NCBI GenBank assembly: GCA_016188915.1
Contig: JACPGU010000002.1
Coordinates: forward strand, 241,211 to 305,210
DNA from: Candidatus Microgenomates bacterium
GTDB lineage: Bacteria > Patescibacteriota > JACPGU01
Direction of reading: 5' to 3'
Length of the DNA stretch: 64,000 bases
Shown here: one piece after another, positions 1 to 9,923 of the stretch
Numbering within the stretch: the first letter of the stretch is position 1
Layout of the letters: every line of letters starts with the position of its first letter
Position numbers and translations under genes: made by a program
Notes under the pieces: generated by a model
Databases searched by the model: none
Seen by the model: only the letters and a program-made list of their open reading frames with translations
What the model was told of the DNA's origin: nothing

Positions 1-157
1 TGCTTCCGATATGGAACAGGCGGTATGTTGGGCGAAAGACAGGGCAAAGCCTGGAGATATAGTTTTGCTCTCGCCAGGGTCGGCTAGCTTTAATCTTTTT
101 TTGAATGAATTTGATAGAGGAGAAAAATTTGTCAGAGCTATAAAATCTTGCCTGTAG
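1..157 (+). CDS. murD: UDP-N-acetylmuramoyl-L-alanine--D-glutamate ligase, C-terminal fragment (5' partial)
   Basis: Frame 2 reads ASDMEQAV...GDIVLLSPGSASFNLFLNEFDRGEKF...*, matching the MurD C-terminal LSPxxASF..F..RG..F motif; stop TAG at 155-157. Confidence 0.9.
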   Translation, partial: ASDMEQAVCWAKDRAKPGDIVLLSPGSASFNLFLNEFDRGEKFVRAIKSCL

Positions 158-240
158 AGAGTCTTAAATTTCACAAATATTATAAGCCTTGCTTTTGGTG
201 GTTTGTTTAGAATATTATAAAAATATAGCAACAAAAACCT

Positions 241-1551
241 ATGGCAACAATTAAGAAAAAAACATCCGGTCTAAAAGTGAAAAAAACGGCAGGCATCAAG
301 AAGAAACAGCCCACTCGAGAATTGACTTTACCGGAAGATTATAATATCGGTCTTTTGCCTAGAATATCTTTGGCTTTTTTGGTAGTGATTTTATTGTCGG
401 TGACGCTCTATTATGTGGCGGTTGTCAGAAAAGAGAGCAGAATCAACGCGCCGGAAGAAAATACGATTGATGATTCTTTAGATAAAACTATCTTGCCGGA
501 TGATGAAGCGACAACGGCTGGACAGATTTTTTATTCTTTGGGAGACACATTGCTCTCTTACGATACGAGCAAAAGTGAGACAAAAAATTGGATTGGCAAA
601 GCTGATGATTGGCTGTTTCAGGAATCATCCGCGCCTACTTTGCTTTATCGTGATATTGCGGTGCTGGATGATAACAAAATAGGTTTTTCTTATTGTCAAA
701 AAGAAGGGGGAGAAAGACCTTGTGGTCTGTACACTTTTGATGTTAAGACTAAAAAAATAACTTTGGCTAAAGATCCGGGGCCAAATCTTACTATCGGTCA
801 AGCGGCTTGGTATTCGGCTGATAAATTAGCTTATTTTTTAGAAAATGATAAAGAAAACAAATCTAGTTTAATTTTGGCACGCGGAGGGGAATTGGCTACT
901 TTGGATGAAATTAATGGTCCTGCTTTAGGTCGTGGCGGGTTTGATGAAGATAGCGTCAAAATGGCTTTTTCTCCCGATGGGGTACATCTTTTGCAAATTG
1001 CCACCAATTCTCGCCGCGACGGAAGTGATTTCAATACTTATGTTTACGATACAATGACGGGTAAAAAAATAATCATCAACGGAGCTACTCAGCCAGAGTG
1101 GCTGAACAATGATACTATTGTCTATCGCAACCAAAGAGATGGAGGGGGAATTTATCAATTCAATATCAAAACATCAGCTTGGGAAAGATACAATGCAATA
1201 AAAATGGACGCATATAACCCACAAATTCTGGCAGGTAGTGATGAAATTTATTATGAAAAAGAAAGCGATAGAAGTGTTTGGTCGTATAATATAAAAAACG
1301 GCGACCATCAAAAAATAGCCGACAAAGCCTCTTCTTGGCGTTTTGTCTCTCCGGCGACAGCGATATATTTGACTTTGATAAAATGCGCCACTGATGGAGA
1401 AAAAAAACCAGCAGGAGCCTGCGATTTTTCTCCCGATGATTATTATCCAGACAAAGCGGTAGTTTTTGATTTGCGTTCATCGGAAGAAAGAGAAAAAATA
1501 AAAGAAAAAATATTTCCTCTCTCAAGCCATCAGTGGTTTACTGGTTTTTAA
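241..1551 (+). CDS. Membrane-anchored beta-propeller (TolB/PD40-like) protein
   Basis: Lys-rich N-terminus, one TM helix, repeated W/FSPDG-like blade motifs (AFSPDG, PEWLNND, FVSP). Confidence 0.6.
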   Translation: MATIKKKTSGLKVKKTAGIKKKQPTRELTLPEDYNIGLLPRISLAFLVVILLSVTLYYVAVVRKESRINAPEENTIDDSLDKTILPDDEATTAGQIFYSLGDTLLSYDTSKSETKNWIGKADDWLFQESSAPTLLYRDIAVLDDNKIGFSYCQKEGGERPCGLYTFDVKTKKITLAKDPGPNLTIGQAAWYSADKLAYFLENDKENKSSLILARGGELATLDEINGPALGRGGFDEDSVKMAFSPDGVHLLQIATNSRRDGSDFNTYVYDTMTGKKIIINGATQPEWLNNDTIVYRNQRDGGGIYQFNIKTSAWERYNAIKMDAYNPQILAGSDEIYYEKESDRSVWSYNIKNGDHQKIADKASSWRFVSPATAIYLTLIKCATDGEKKPAGACDFSPDDYYPDKAVVFDLRSSEEREKIKEKIFPLSSHQWFTGF

Positions 1552-1570
1552 AACATAAAATACTTAAAAA

Positions 1571-1603
1571 ACTACTTGCGAAGGTGTCACCTTCGCAAGT
1601 AGT
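1571..1603. repeat. REP-like palindrome, copy 1; also a likely bidirectional terminator between convergent genes
   Basis: ACTACTTGCGAAGGTG-T-CACCTTCGCAAGTAGT; 25-bp core identical to 32143-32167. Confidence 0.8.
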
Positions 1604-2031
1604 TAGGTTTTTTTGAGTTCTCTTTCTACATCTTTCTTTTTCAGACTCTCTCTTTTGTCCCATTTTTGTTTTCGGCGGGCGAGAGCTATTTCCAATTTCA
1701 CAAAGCCATTTTTCAGATGGATATTGAGAGGCACAATAGTGGCTCTTTTTTGTTCTATTAGTCCAGCCAGTCTTTCAATCTCTTTTTTGTGCGCGAGAAG
1801 ATGGCGATTTCTGATTGGTTCGTAATTTTTTTGATTAGCAGGTTTGTAAGCGCCGATATGCATATTTTTTATTATCAGCTCGCCACTTTCGATTATCACA
1901 AAACTACCCTTCAGATTGACCGAACCGGCTTTGATGGATTTGACTTCCGCTCCGGTCAATTTGATACCGACTTCCAGCTTTTCCGAAAGAGCATAATCGT
2001 GGAGAGCTTTTTTGTTGGTAGCTATAGTCAT
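1603..2031 (-). CDS. smpB: SsrA-binding protein SmpB
   Basis: IATNKKALHDY...GIKLTGAEVKSI...LLAHKKEI...DKRE motifs; ATG at 2031 preferred over the ORF-track start. Confidence 0.97.
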   Translation of the reverse strand: MTIATNKKALHDYALSEKLEVGIKLTGAEVKSIKAGSVNLKGSFVIIESGELIIKNMHIGAYKPANQKNYEPIRNRHLLAHKKEIERLAGLIEQKRATIVPLNIHLKNGFVKLEIALARRKQKWDKRESLKKKDVERELKKT

Positions 2032-2136
2032 GGCTTCATTAAAACATAAAAACAAATAAACAAGAAGTCATTGAGATCAAGATATCAAAAAACCGCTTCT
2101 TTCAAAAGCGGCGGTTTTTTGATAAGTTGCAAATAA

Positions 2137-2370
2137 TTACGCAACAGTTGGGTCGCCTTCATCTGCCTTTGGTTCTTCAGCTGGTGCTTCTGCTGGAGCA
2201 GAGGCGTCTGCCGGAGAGACAGGAGCGCTCATGCCAGAATCCATAGTTGGATCGGCAGGAGCGGTATTGGCGTCTGTTGCACCTGCAGTAGGCTCTACTG
2301 GAGTAGCGCCATCAGTCGGAGTCACAGCAGATGCTGGATCAACGGCAGGGTTCATGTTTTCGTCAGACAT
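2137..2370 (-). CDS. Small acidic Ala/Pro/Thr-rich disordered protein
   Basis: 77-aa ORF with strong SD (AAAGGGAG), upstream TTGACA-17-TAAAAT promoter and downstream terminator near 2088-2120. Confidence 0.7.
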   Translation of the reverse strand: MSDENMNPAVDPASAVTPTDGATPVEPTAGATDANTAPADPTMDSGMSAPVSPADASAPAEAPAEEPKADEGDPTVA

Positions 2371-2551
2371 TGTTCTCCCTTTCTAAAAAACTACTGCTAA
2401 GATATTCACATTTTATCAAAATTTAATATTCTTGTCAAATTTAGTATACTACCAATAGCTTTTGTCTCATGGGCTAACAGGTTAAGCGCCCTTTGCGTCT
2501 TGCTGGCTTTCGGCCTATGAGCTACAATCAAAAAGTAAATAATTAATTTTT

Positions 2552-3043
2552 ATGCTTGCTTCCTCGCATTTCATTATCGGCGCATCTGTCGGGAGACTTT
2601 CTGGCAATCCTTTTTTAGCGGCTTTTTTGGGATTTGTCACCCATTTTCTCGCTGATTTGGTGCCTCACTGGGACTTGGGCTATAATTTTTCCAAGACAAA
2701 AAAATCTTATTTTTTAGTATTTTTGGATATTTTGATCGGAATTATAATTTGCGGATTTTTTCTTTGGTGGCGACCTACTAATTGGAATGATATAGCCAGT
2801 GTCTTACTCGGAGGATTTTTTGGGCTAGTACCGGATTTTATCGGTTTTGGCGTCAAAATTTTTAAAATCAAATCTTTTGAATGGTATGTTCATCACCATG
2901 ATCGACTGCATTGGTTCATAAAGGAAGAACGGCCAGAATTTTCCGAATTTAAAATTATTCCTACGACACCTCGGATGGTTTTTTTCGGTCTCCTTTGGCA
3001 GGGACTGATTGTCGTCTTTTCTTTAATTATTTTGTGGGTCTAA
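2552..3043 (+). CDS. Membrane-bound metal-dependent hydrolase-like protein
   Basis: N-terminal SH, HFLADLVPH, PD and HxxxH motifs among TM helices. Confidence 0.6.
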   Translation: MLASSHFIIGASVGRLSGNPFLAAFLGFVTHFLADLVPHWDLGYNFSKTKKSYFLVFLDILIGIIICGFFLWWRPTNWNDIASVLLGGFFGLVPDFIGFGVKIFKIKSFEWYVHHHDRLHWFIKEERPEFSEFKIIPTTPRMVFFGLLWQGLIVVFSLIILWV

Positions 3044-3073
3044 AATTTAAATACTATACTAATAGATTATTTT

Positions 3074-3667
3074 ATGTACAATTTGCCAGAACTTCCCTAT
3101 CCCTATGAGGCTCTTGAGCCCTATATTGATAAAGAAACGATGGAAATTCATCATTTGAAGCACCATCAAGCCTATGTGAACAAATTGAATGAAGCCTTGG
3201 CCAAACATCCGGAATTGGCCGAAAAATCCTTAGAGGAACTACTAGCGGATCTTGAAGGTCTGCCGGAAGATATCAGAAAAGCGATCAAAAATCATGGTGG
3301 TGGCCATTATAACCACTCACTTTTTTGGCGCATTATGGGTCCTAGTTCGAAGAATAGGCCACAGGGAGAATTGCTCAAAAAAATTGAGGCTTCTTTTGGC
3401 TCCTTTTTCGAATTTAAGAAAAAATTTTCCGAAATAGCGATGGGAATATTCGGTTCCGGTTGGTGTTGGCTGGTAGAGCATGCCGGCCAACTAGAGATTG
3501 AAGCTACGCAAAATCAGGATTGTCCAATCTCATCTGGTAAAGTACCAATTCTTGCTCTGGATATCTGGGAGCATGCTTATTATCTGAAATACCAAAACAA
3601 GCGCGCTGATTATATAGAAAATTGGTGGCAAGTAGTTGATTGGAGCAATATTAGTAGTTCTAATTAA
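3074..3667 (+). CDS. sodA: Fe/Mn superoxide dismutase
   Basis: LPELPY..ALEP, HHx[20 protein letters not shown] signature. Confidence 0.96.
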   Translation: MYNLPELPYPYEALEPYIDKETMEIHHLKHHQAYVNKLNEALAKHPELAEKSLEELLADLEGLPEDIRKAIKNHGGGHYNHSLFWRIMGPSSKNRPQGELLKKIEASFGSFFEFKKKFSEIAMGIFGSGWCWLVEHAGQLEIEATQNQDCPISSGKVPILALDIWEHAYYLKYQNKRADYIENWWQVVDWSNISSSN

Positions 3668-3673
3668 AAGTCC

Positions 3674-3702
3674 TTGCTTTCTTTTGCTTAGTCTGGTATA
3701 AT
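3674..3702 (+). promoter_or_regulatory. Sigma70-type promoter of the RRM gene
   Basis: TTGCTT-17 bp-TATAAT with TG extension. Confidence 0.65.
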
Positions 3703-3820
3703 TGTGCGCAAGTCGTAAGTTTTTTTAGTGTTTCGTTCTCACTGGCTTGCTAAAAGCTTGTGAAGAGCAACCTAAAAGAGGTCGCCTTACACGAGTTATT
3801 AGTAAGTGGGAAATTTTCAA

Positions 3821-4096
3821 ATGGCACAAACGAACAAATTGTATGTTGGTGGATTGAGCTATAATACCACACAAGATTCATTCAAGGCTGCTTTTGAGCA
3901 AGCTGGATCAGTTGTTGACGCTGCGATTATCATGGACAAAATGACTGGTCGCTCCAAAGGCTTTGGCTTCGTCACCATGGGTAGCAACGAGGAAGCTGAT
4001 AAGGCTATTGAAATGTGGAATGAAAAAGAACTGGATGGCCGTATGATCCGCGTATCAGAGGCTCGTCCGATGGAAGAAAGACCAAAAAGATTCTAA
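3821..4096 (+). CDS. RRM (RNP-1) RNA-binding protein
   Basis: RNP2 LYVGGL and RNP1 KGFGFVTM; ATG at 3821. Confidence 0.95.
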   Translation: MAQTNKLYVGGLSYNTTQDSFKAAFEQAGSVVDAAIIMDKMTGRSKGFGFVTMGSNEEADKAIEMWNEKELDGRMIRVSEARPMEERPKRF

Positions 4097-4114
4097 TCAA
4101 TCTTTCGGTCGCGA

Positions 4115-4148
4115 GAAACGCCTCAAGCAATTGAGGCGTTTCTTTTTC
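4115..4148 (+). terminator. Rho-independent terminator
   Basis: GAAACGCCTCAA-GCAA-TTGAGGCGTTTC followed by a T run. Confidence 0.75.
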
Positions 4149-4180
4149 AGCTAGTTTTCTTTATAAATTTTTATTCTAAA

Positions 4181-5980
4181 ATGAATATTCGCAATGTCGC
4201 TATTATCGCGCACGTTGACCATGGCAAAACTACCCTGGTTGATGCTATGCTTCGCCAGTCGCATACCCAGCTTTCCAAAGAAGCATCTGGGGCTGATTTG
4301 ATTATGGACTCTAACGAGCTTGAGAAAGAAAGAGGCATTACTATTTTTTCCAAAAACGCCTCTATTGTGGTGGATCAAAATGTTGGTGGAAAAGAAGAGA
4401 AAATAAAGATCAATATTATTGATACTCCCGGCCACGCGGACTTTGGTGGCGAGGTAGAAAGAGTTTTGAATATGGCGGACGGCTGTCTGCTTTTGGTGGA
4501 CGCCAAAGAAGGTCCGATGCCACAGACGCGTTTTGTTTTGAAAAAAGCTTTGCAGATGAAATTGAAAATAATCGTTGTCATCAATAAAATTGATAAACCA
4601 GACGCCAGAACCAATGTGGCGTTGAACAAAACTTTTGATTTGTTCGTGGAGTTGGGAGCCGACGATCAGACTTTGGATTTTCCTATTATTTATTGTGCTT
4701 CCAAACAGGGCAAGGCTGGCTGGGAACCTCACTTGGAGCATATGACGAGCATAGAACCTATCTTTGAGGCTATCTTGAATCATATTCCAGAGCCAAAAGG
4801 CGACACGGGAAAACCCTTTCAAATGTTGGTGACAACGATAGCGGCCGATACTTTCAAGGGTCGCATTGCCACCGGTCGTATTTATAACGGCCAGATTAAA
4901 TCTGGCCAAGATATTATTCACATCAATCGTTTAGGTGAGCAAAAAAAATATCGCCCCACTTCTTTGATGACTTTTTTGGGGTTGGGCAAAGTAGAAGTAA
5001 AAGAAGCGCAAGCCGGCGATATTATCGCTATCTCTGGTATTCCCGATGCCACTATCGGAGAGACTATTGCCGATAGTTTGAGCCCTGTGGCCCTACCCCT
5101 TTTGGCGATAGAAGAGCCGACAGTCAAAATGAATTTTGGCATCAATACTTCGCCTTTTGCGGGGAGAGAGGGACAATTTACCACTAGCCGACAGATTCGC
5201 GAGAGACTTTACAAAGAATTGGAAACAGACATGGCCTTGAGGGTGGAAGATGCGGATGGCAATAGCTGGACAGTTTCTGGACGTGGCGAACTGCATCTGT
5301 CTATTTTGATTGAGAGAATGCGTCGGGAGGGTTATGAATTGCAAGTGTCTCGACCACAAGTGATTATCAAAGAAAAAGAGGGTAAAAAAATGGTGCCCTA
5401 TGAACAGGTTTTTGTTGAAGTGCCGGAAGAGCATAGTGGCGCTGTGATCCAAAAATTAGGCTCTCGTCGTGGTGAATTAAAAGATATGCGAACGGATAAT
5501 GGTATTACTTCTCTAGAATTTGTTATGCCAACACAAGGACTCTTTGGCTATAGAACAGAATTTTTGACCGATACTAGGGGGCTGGGCATTATGAATTCTA
5601 TTTTTCATGAATACCGGGTAGATCCTGGCAGTTGGCAGGAAAGAGAATGGGGATCGCTGGTGGCGCATGAAACGGGAGAGACCAATATGTATGGTTTGCT
5701 TAACACACAAGAGAGAGGAACGCTTTTTTTGGGGCCAGGAGTGCCAGTTTATCGCGGTCAAGTGGTGGGCAGGCACAGCAAAAATAGCGATCTGTGGGTT
5801 AATGTTTGCAAAACCAAACAGCTTTCCAATGTTCGCTCTAAAGGAGAAGGCGTTTCCGAACATTTTGACAAGCCGAAAGAAATGGGACTGGAAGACGCTA
5901 TTGAATATATTTCATCTGATGAATTGGTAGAGATTACTCCGAAAAATATTCGTATTCGCAAAATGGATCTAAATGAGTAA
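4181..5980 (+). CDS. typA: Translational GTPase TypA/BipA
   Basis: IRNVAIIAHVDHGKTT, DSNELEKERGITI, SPFAGREG, GRGELHL, ELVEITP. Confidence 0.98.
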   Translation: MNIRNVAIIAHVDHGKTTLVDAMLRQSHTQLSKEASGADLIMDSNELEKERGITIFSKNASIVVDQNVGGKEEKIKINIIDTPGHADFGGEVERVLNMADGCLLLVDAKEGPMPQTRFVLKKALQMKLKIIVVINKIDKPDARTNVALNKTFDLFVELGADDQTLDFPIIYCASKQGKAGWEPHLEHMTSIEPIFEAILNHIPEPKGDTGKPFQMLVTTIAADTFKGRIATGRIYNGQIKSGQDIIHINRLGEQKKYRPTSLMTFLGLGKVEVKEAQAGDIIAISGIPDATIGETIADSLSPVALPLLAIEEPTVKMNFGINTSPFAGREGQFTTSRQIRERLYKELETDMALRVEDADGNSWTVSGRGELHLSILIERMRREGYELQVSRPQVIIKEKEGKKMVPYEQVFVEVPEEHSGAVIQKLGSRRGELKDMRTDNGITSLEFVMPTQGLFGYRTEFLTDTRGLGIMNSIFHEYRVDPGSWQEREWGSLVAHETGETNMYGLLNTQERGTLFLGPGVPVYRGQVVGRHSKNSDLWVNVCKTKQLSNVRSKGEGVSEHFDKPKEMGLEDAIEYISSDELVEITPKNIRIRKMDLNE

Positions 5981-6036
5981 TCTTCGCCTCTTGTCTTGTT
6001 CTCGGTAAAGTTATATGCTTTAAGCAAAGGAGGAAT

Positions 6037-6495
6037 ATGGATATTGGCAGGGTTTTATTATCTTGGGAAACCAAGGATCAAAAAAGAGATCTTGACGCGG
6101 TCAAGATTATAATTGCTTTTGTTGTTATTGTGCTAGCGGCGGCTTGGGCGTTTTTTTCCAAACAATGGCTGACTGGTGGCACTTTTATCGGCGCGGTTTT
6201 GGTTTTGTCCTGGTATTTAGCGATGGGGCAAAAAAATATCGCCATCAGTATTACCGATAAAGGATTGATTATAGACGGCAGTTTTTATTCTTTTTCCGGG
6301 CTGAAAAATTATTGGGTTTCAAGAGAGGGAGTAGCGTATTTTGTTTCTCAATCAAAGCTTGCCTCTATTATTTCTTTACCCTTGGGAGAAACGCCAGCTG
6401 ACAAGATCTTTTCTTTGATCCCCAAAAATATTGTCAAAACTGAAAGTCAAAATGCCGATTTGGCCGATAAGGTAGCCAGGCTATTGCACAAATAA
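6037..6495 (+). CDS. Two-TM protein with PH-like C-terminal domain (DUF5673-like)
   Basis: SD AAGGAGG; LLSW, two TM helices, ITDKGLIIDG..Y.F..LKNYW pattern. Confidence 0.55.
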   Translation: MDIGRVLLSWETKDQKRDLDAVKIIIAFVVIVLAAAWAFFSKQWLTGGTFIGAVLVLSWYLAMGQKNIAISITDKGLIIDGSFYSFSGLKNYWVSREGVAYFVSQSKLASIISLPLGETPADKIFSLIPKNIVKTESQNADLADKVARLLHK

Positions 6496-6551
6496 GAGAT
6501 TTTGAAAAATATTTTTTTATGATATAATATGACCGCTGTAGCGGTTTTTTT

Positions 6552-6623
6552 GCGCTCGTCGTTCAACGGATAGGACGCAGGCTTGCGGAGCCTGTAATAG
6601 AAGTTCGATTCTTCTCGAGCGCA
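6552..6623 (+). tRNA. tRNA-Arg(GCG)
   Basis: Acceptor GCGCTCG/CGAGCGC, anticodon arm CAGGC-TTGCGGA-GCCTG, T loop GTTCGATTC; no CCA encoded. Confidence 0.92.
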
Positions 6624-6723
6624 TTGCATATTCCCAGCGTCGAATGTTAGGGATGTAGTTTTTGCTAGCGTAGTTATGTTTATAAAAAAAGCCTTGTAAG
6701 AGGGGTTTTTTATTGTTATACTA

Positions 6724-6743
6724 ACTACTAGTGATTTAGTAGT
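6724..6743. promoter_or_regulatory. Putative Rrf2 autoregulatory operator
   Basis: Dyad ACTACTA-6-TAGTAGT directly downstream of a TATACT -10 (6717-6722) and upstream of the Rrf2 gene. Confidence 0.55.
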
Positions 6744-6758
6744 AGTCTAAAAAGAGTA

Positions 6759-7166
6759 ATGATAAAATTCAACAGGCAATCAGATTATGCTTTGGTTTTG
6801 GCTACGGAATTAGCCATTGACCACAAAAAAGGGAATTGGGTTCCCCTTTCCGTAGTGGCCGACAAATATAATTTGTCTGTTAAATTTTTAGGTTCGGTAG
6901 CCGGTATCTTACGCAAAAAAGGGCTGATTTTATCCAAAGAAGGAACGGGCGGTGGCTATGCTTTGGCGCAAGATCCCAGAGAAATTATGATCGGTGATAT
7001 TCTGTATGCTACCTTGACCGATTCCGCGCCGTCGCTTTGTACTTCCAGTATCGGTTGTGTTAATGAAAAAAAATGTCCGGCCAAGCCAGTTTGGGGAGTG
7101 GTGCAGGGAGTTTTGGAGGAAGTACTTTTTTCCATCAGCCTCAAAAGTTTGCTTAAGATTAAATAA
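6759..7166 (+). CDS. Rrf2-family (IscR-like) transcriptional regulator
   Basis: DYAL, wHTH, SKEGTGGGY.LA, three C-terminal Cys (CTSSIGCVNEKKC). Confidence 0.92.
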   Translation: MIKFNRQSDYALVLATELAIDHKKGNWVPLSVVADKYNLSVKFLGSVAGILRKKGLILSKEGTGGGYALAQDPREIMIGDILYATLTDSAPSLCTSSIGCVNEKKCPAKPVWGVVQGVLEEVLFSISLKSLLKIK

Positions 7167-7168
7167 CA

Positions 7169-7912
7169 ATGAATAATCTTCGTATTTCTAATTTGCGTGT
7201 CAGAATCGATGGTAAGGAGATCTTAAAAGGCGTAGACCTTTCTTTAAGCGAGGGCGAGATTCATATCCTAATCGGGCCTAATGGTTCTGGTAAATCAACC
7301 CTGGCGCAAATGGTAGCGGGAAATCCGGGATATCTAGCTAACCGTGGTAGCATCAAATTTTTTGGTAAAAATTTGTCAAAACTTTCTCCTGATGAAAGGG
7401 CCAAGATGGGGATTTTTGTCTCCTTCCAGTCCCCTATCGCTATTCCGGGGCTACCTTTATTCTCTTTGCTTTTTGAATCTTTTAAGGCGATATCAAATGA
7501 AAATAAAAATATTTCTTTTGAATATTTTTTTCGCGATCAAATTATTCCCGGCCTAAAACTTTTGGGGCTAGACCAGTCTTTTATCGATCGTAGCGTTAAT
7601 GATGGCCTCTCCGGCGGCGAGAGAAAAAAATCAGAGATTTTGCAAATGTTGGTTTTAAATCCTAAACTCACTATTTTAGATGAGATAGATTCGGGGCTGG
7701 ATATTGATGCTGTCAAAACAGTTTTTTCCGCTATCAAAAAAATCAAGACTAAAAACCCCCAGATGAGTATTCTGCTTATTACTCATAACCAAAATATTTT
7801 GCGCTATATTAATCCAGATATGGCGCATATCATGAATGATGGGAAGATTATTATTTCTGGTGGAACAGAATTGATTAGAAAAACAAGCGAAAAAGGCTAC
7901 AAGCAAGAATAA
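7169..7912 (+). CDS. sufC: Fe-S assembly ATPase SufC
   Basis: GPNGSGKST, FQSP, RSVNDGLSGGERKKSEILQ, LDEIDSGLD. Confidence 0.97.
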   Translation: MNNLRISNLRVRIDGKEILKGVDLSLSEGEIHILIGPNGSGKSTLAQMVAGNPGYLANRGSIKFFGKNLSKLSPDERAKMGIFVSFQSPIAIPGLPLFSLLFESFKAISNENKNISFEYFFRDQIIPGLKLLGLDQSFIDRSVNDGLSGGERKKSEILQMLVLNPKLTILDEIDSGLDIDAVKTVFSAIKKIKTKNPQMSILLITHNQNILRYINPDMAHIMNDGKIIISGGTELIRKTSEKGYKQE

Positions 7913-7915
7913 TCT

Positions 7916-9340
7916 ATGGCACAAAAAAAGAATACCAAAATTTTTGCCGATTATGATCAGCGCTACCAGGAGCGTTATGGTTTTGCCGATGATGCTACAT
8001 CCTATACTCATTTGGGGAAGCCTGGTATAACGCGCGAGACCATTATGGAGATTTCTAAAATAAAAAAAGAACCAAAGTGGATGTTGGAAAAAAGACTGAT
8101 AGCCTATGATATTTTTTTAAAAAAACCCTTACCCAAATGGGGCGGTGATTTGTCAGGAATTGATTTTGGCAAGATTTATTATTACATTAGACCGAGCGAA
8201 AGAACGGAAAAAAAATGGCAAGATGTGCCGGACTATATCCGCAATACTTTTGATAAATTGGGCATCCCAGAGGCGGAAAAAAAATTTTTGGCAGGCGTGG
8301 GAGCGCAATATGAATCAGAAATGATGTATCATTCTATCCAAAAAGATTTGCAGAAACTAGGGGTTATCTTTCTCTCGCCTGATGAGGCATTAAAACAATA
8401 TCCAGATTTAGTCAAAGAATATTTCGGCACCGTAATCCCGGCATCTGACAACAAATTCGCGGCCTTAAATAGCGCTGTTTGGAGTGGTGGATCTTTTATC
8501 TACATTCCCAAAGGAGTCAAAGTAGAGATGCCCTTGCAGACATATTTTCGTATCAATTTTGCCTCCGCTGGCCAATTTGAAAGAACGCTGATTATTGCTG
8601 ATGAAGGATCGGAGATGCATTATATTGAAGGTTGTAGCGCGCCGATTCATTCAACTGATTCTTTGCACTCGGCAGTAGTGGAAATCATTGTCAAAAAAAA
8701 TGCCAAAGTGCGCTATACCACTATACAAAATTGGAGCCGTAATGTTTATAACCTCGTCACCAAAAGAGCGGCAGTTTATGAAGGTGGCAGAATGGAATGG
8801 ATTGATGGCAATCTAGGCTCAAAATTGACTATGAAATATCCTTCCGTCTATCTTTTGGGTGAAGGGGCGCATGGCGAGATTTTGTCTCTCGGTTTTGCCG
8901 GAAAAGGTCGTTGTCAGGATAATGGAGCCAAGGCTGTCCATGCCGCGCCTCGCACTACATCCTTGGTACGCGCCAAATCCATCGCGCGCGATGGTGGCAT
9001 TACTTCTTATCGTGGTTTGGTCAAAATAGAAAAAGGAATGAAAAATTGCTATGCCAAGGTGCAGTGCGACGCTTTGTTGGCAGACAGTAAATCAGTTTCT
9101 AATACTTATCCCACTATGGATATTAGAGAAAAAGATGCAAAAGTAGAACACGAGGCTTCCGTCTCCAAAATAGGAGAAGAGCAGCTTTTTTACCTTAAGT
9201 CGCGTGGTCTGACAGAAGAGGCGGCCATGCACTTGATCGTGGCGGGTTTTTTGGAGCCAATAGTTTCCGGTTTGCCGATGGAATACGCCATAGAATTGAA
9301 TCGTTTGGTGGAACTGGAGATGGAAGGAGCGGTGGGGTAA
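7916..9340 (+). CDS. sufB: Fe-S assembly protein SufB
   Basis: AQYESE, AVWSGGSF, GQFERTLII, YIEGCSAP, HEASVSKI, LPMEYAIELNRL. Confidence 0.98.
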   Translation: MAQKKNTKIFADYDQRYQERYGFADDATSYTHLGKPGITRETIMEISKIKKEPKWMLEKRLIAYDIFLKKPLPKWGGDLSGIDFGKIYYYIRPSERTEKKWQDVPDYIRNTFDKLGIPEAEKKFLAGVGAQYESEMMYHSIQKDLQKLGVIFLSPDEALKQYPDLVKEYFGTVIPASDNKFAALNSAVWSGGSFIYIPKGVKVEMPLQTYFRINFASAGQFERTLIIADEGSEMHYIEGCSAPIHSTDSLHSAVVEIIVKKNAKVRYTTIQNWSRNVYNLVTKRAAVYEGGRMEWIDGNLGSKLTMKYPSVYLLGEGAHGEILSLGFAGKGRCQDNGAKAVHAAPRTTSLVRAKSIARDGGITSYRGLVKIEKGMKNCYAKVQCDALLADSKSVSNTYPTMDIREKDAKVEHEASVSKIGEEQLFYLKSRGLTEEAAMHLIVAGFLEPIVSGLPMEYAIELNRLVELEMEGAVG

Positions 9341-9351
9341 TTTACTTAATT

Positions 9352-9918
9352 ATGAAAAAGCAGAAAAAAGAACAATCAGAAAAAGAAATCATTCCAGAGA
9401 AGGTCGCGGAATTTTTTATGGCGACAAAAAAAAGTCAAGAAAAAAATCTAGCTTTTAGTTGGGGCAAAGATGATAGTTTTGAGCAGAGTATTAAAATATA
9501 TCTAGATGGCAAAGAGTCAAAGGTTTGCCTTACTGGTATTTTCGCAGGCTCTGATTTGATGAAAAAAAAGCTGCATTTAGAAATTGTAGCCGCCTCTCCC
9601 AAAACGCAGGCAGAAATTTTGCTCAAAGGCGTTTTGGAAGACCAGGCAGAATTAAATATCGCTGTGAGATTATCTATTCTCAAAAAATCAATTGACGCGA
9701 AAGTCGATTTACAGGCAAAATTTTTGCTTTTGTCTGAATCGGCGCGTGTTCTCATTACTCCTTCTTTAGAAATAGCAGAAAGTAATATTTTGGCCGCTTC
9801 GCATGCTGTAGCCATCGGCTCTTTGGATATGGATATGATTTTTTACATGGCTTCTCGAGGGATAAGCATAGAAAAAGCCAAAGAATTATTGAAAAAAAGT
9901 TTTCTATCGGTAGGATAA
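9352..9918 (+). CDS. sufD: SufD-like protein (short)
   Basis: LLLSESA...PSLEI...ASHAVAIG.LD...FYMASRGIS; operon position. Confidence 0.85.
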   Translation: MKKQKKEQSEKEIIPEKVAEFFMATKKSQEKNLAFSWGKDDSFEQSIKIYLDGKESKVCLTGIFAGSDLMKKKLHLEIVAASPKTQAEILLKGVLEDQAELNIAVRLSILKKSIDAKVDLQAKFLLLSESARVLITPSLEIAESNILAASHAVAIGSLDMDMIFYMASRGISIEKAKELLKKSFLSVG

Positions 9919-9923
9919 TTATT

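Noticed and set aside
2466-2521. c-di-GMP-I riboswitch on the minus strand (GAAA...GACGCAAAG)
   Set aside because: Lacks the GCAAACC element and the second stem, and lies upstream of the promoter of the gene it would control
1560-2550. tmRNA next to smpB
   Set aside because: No GGGG...CTCCACCA tRNA-Ala-like ends or tag frame seen
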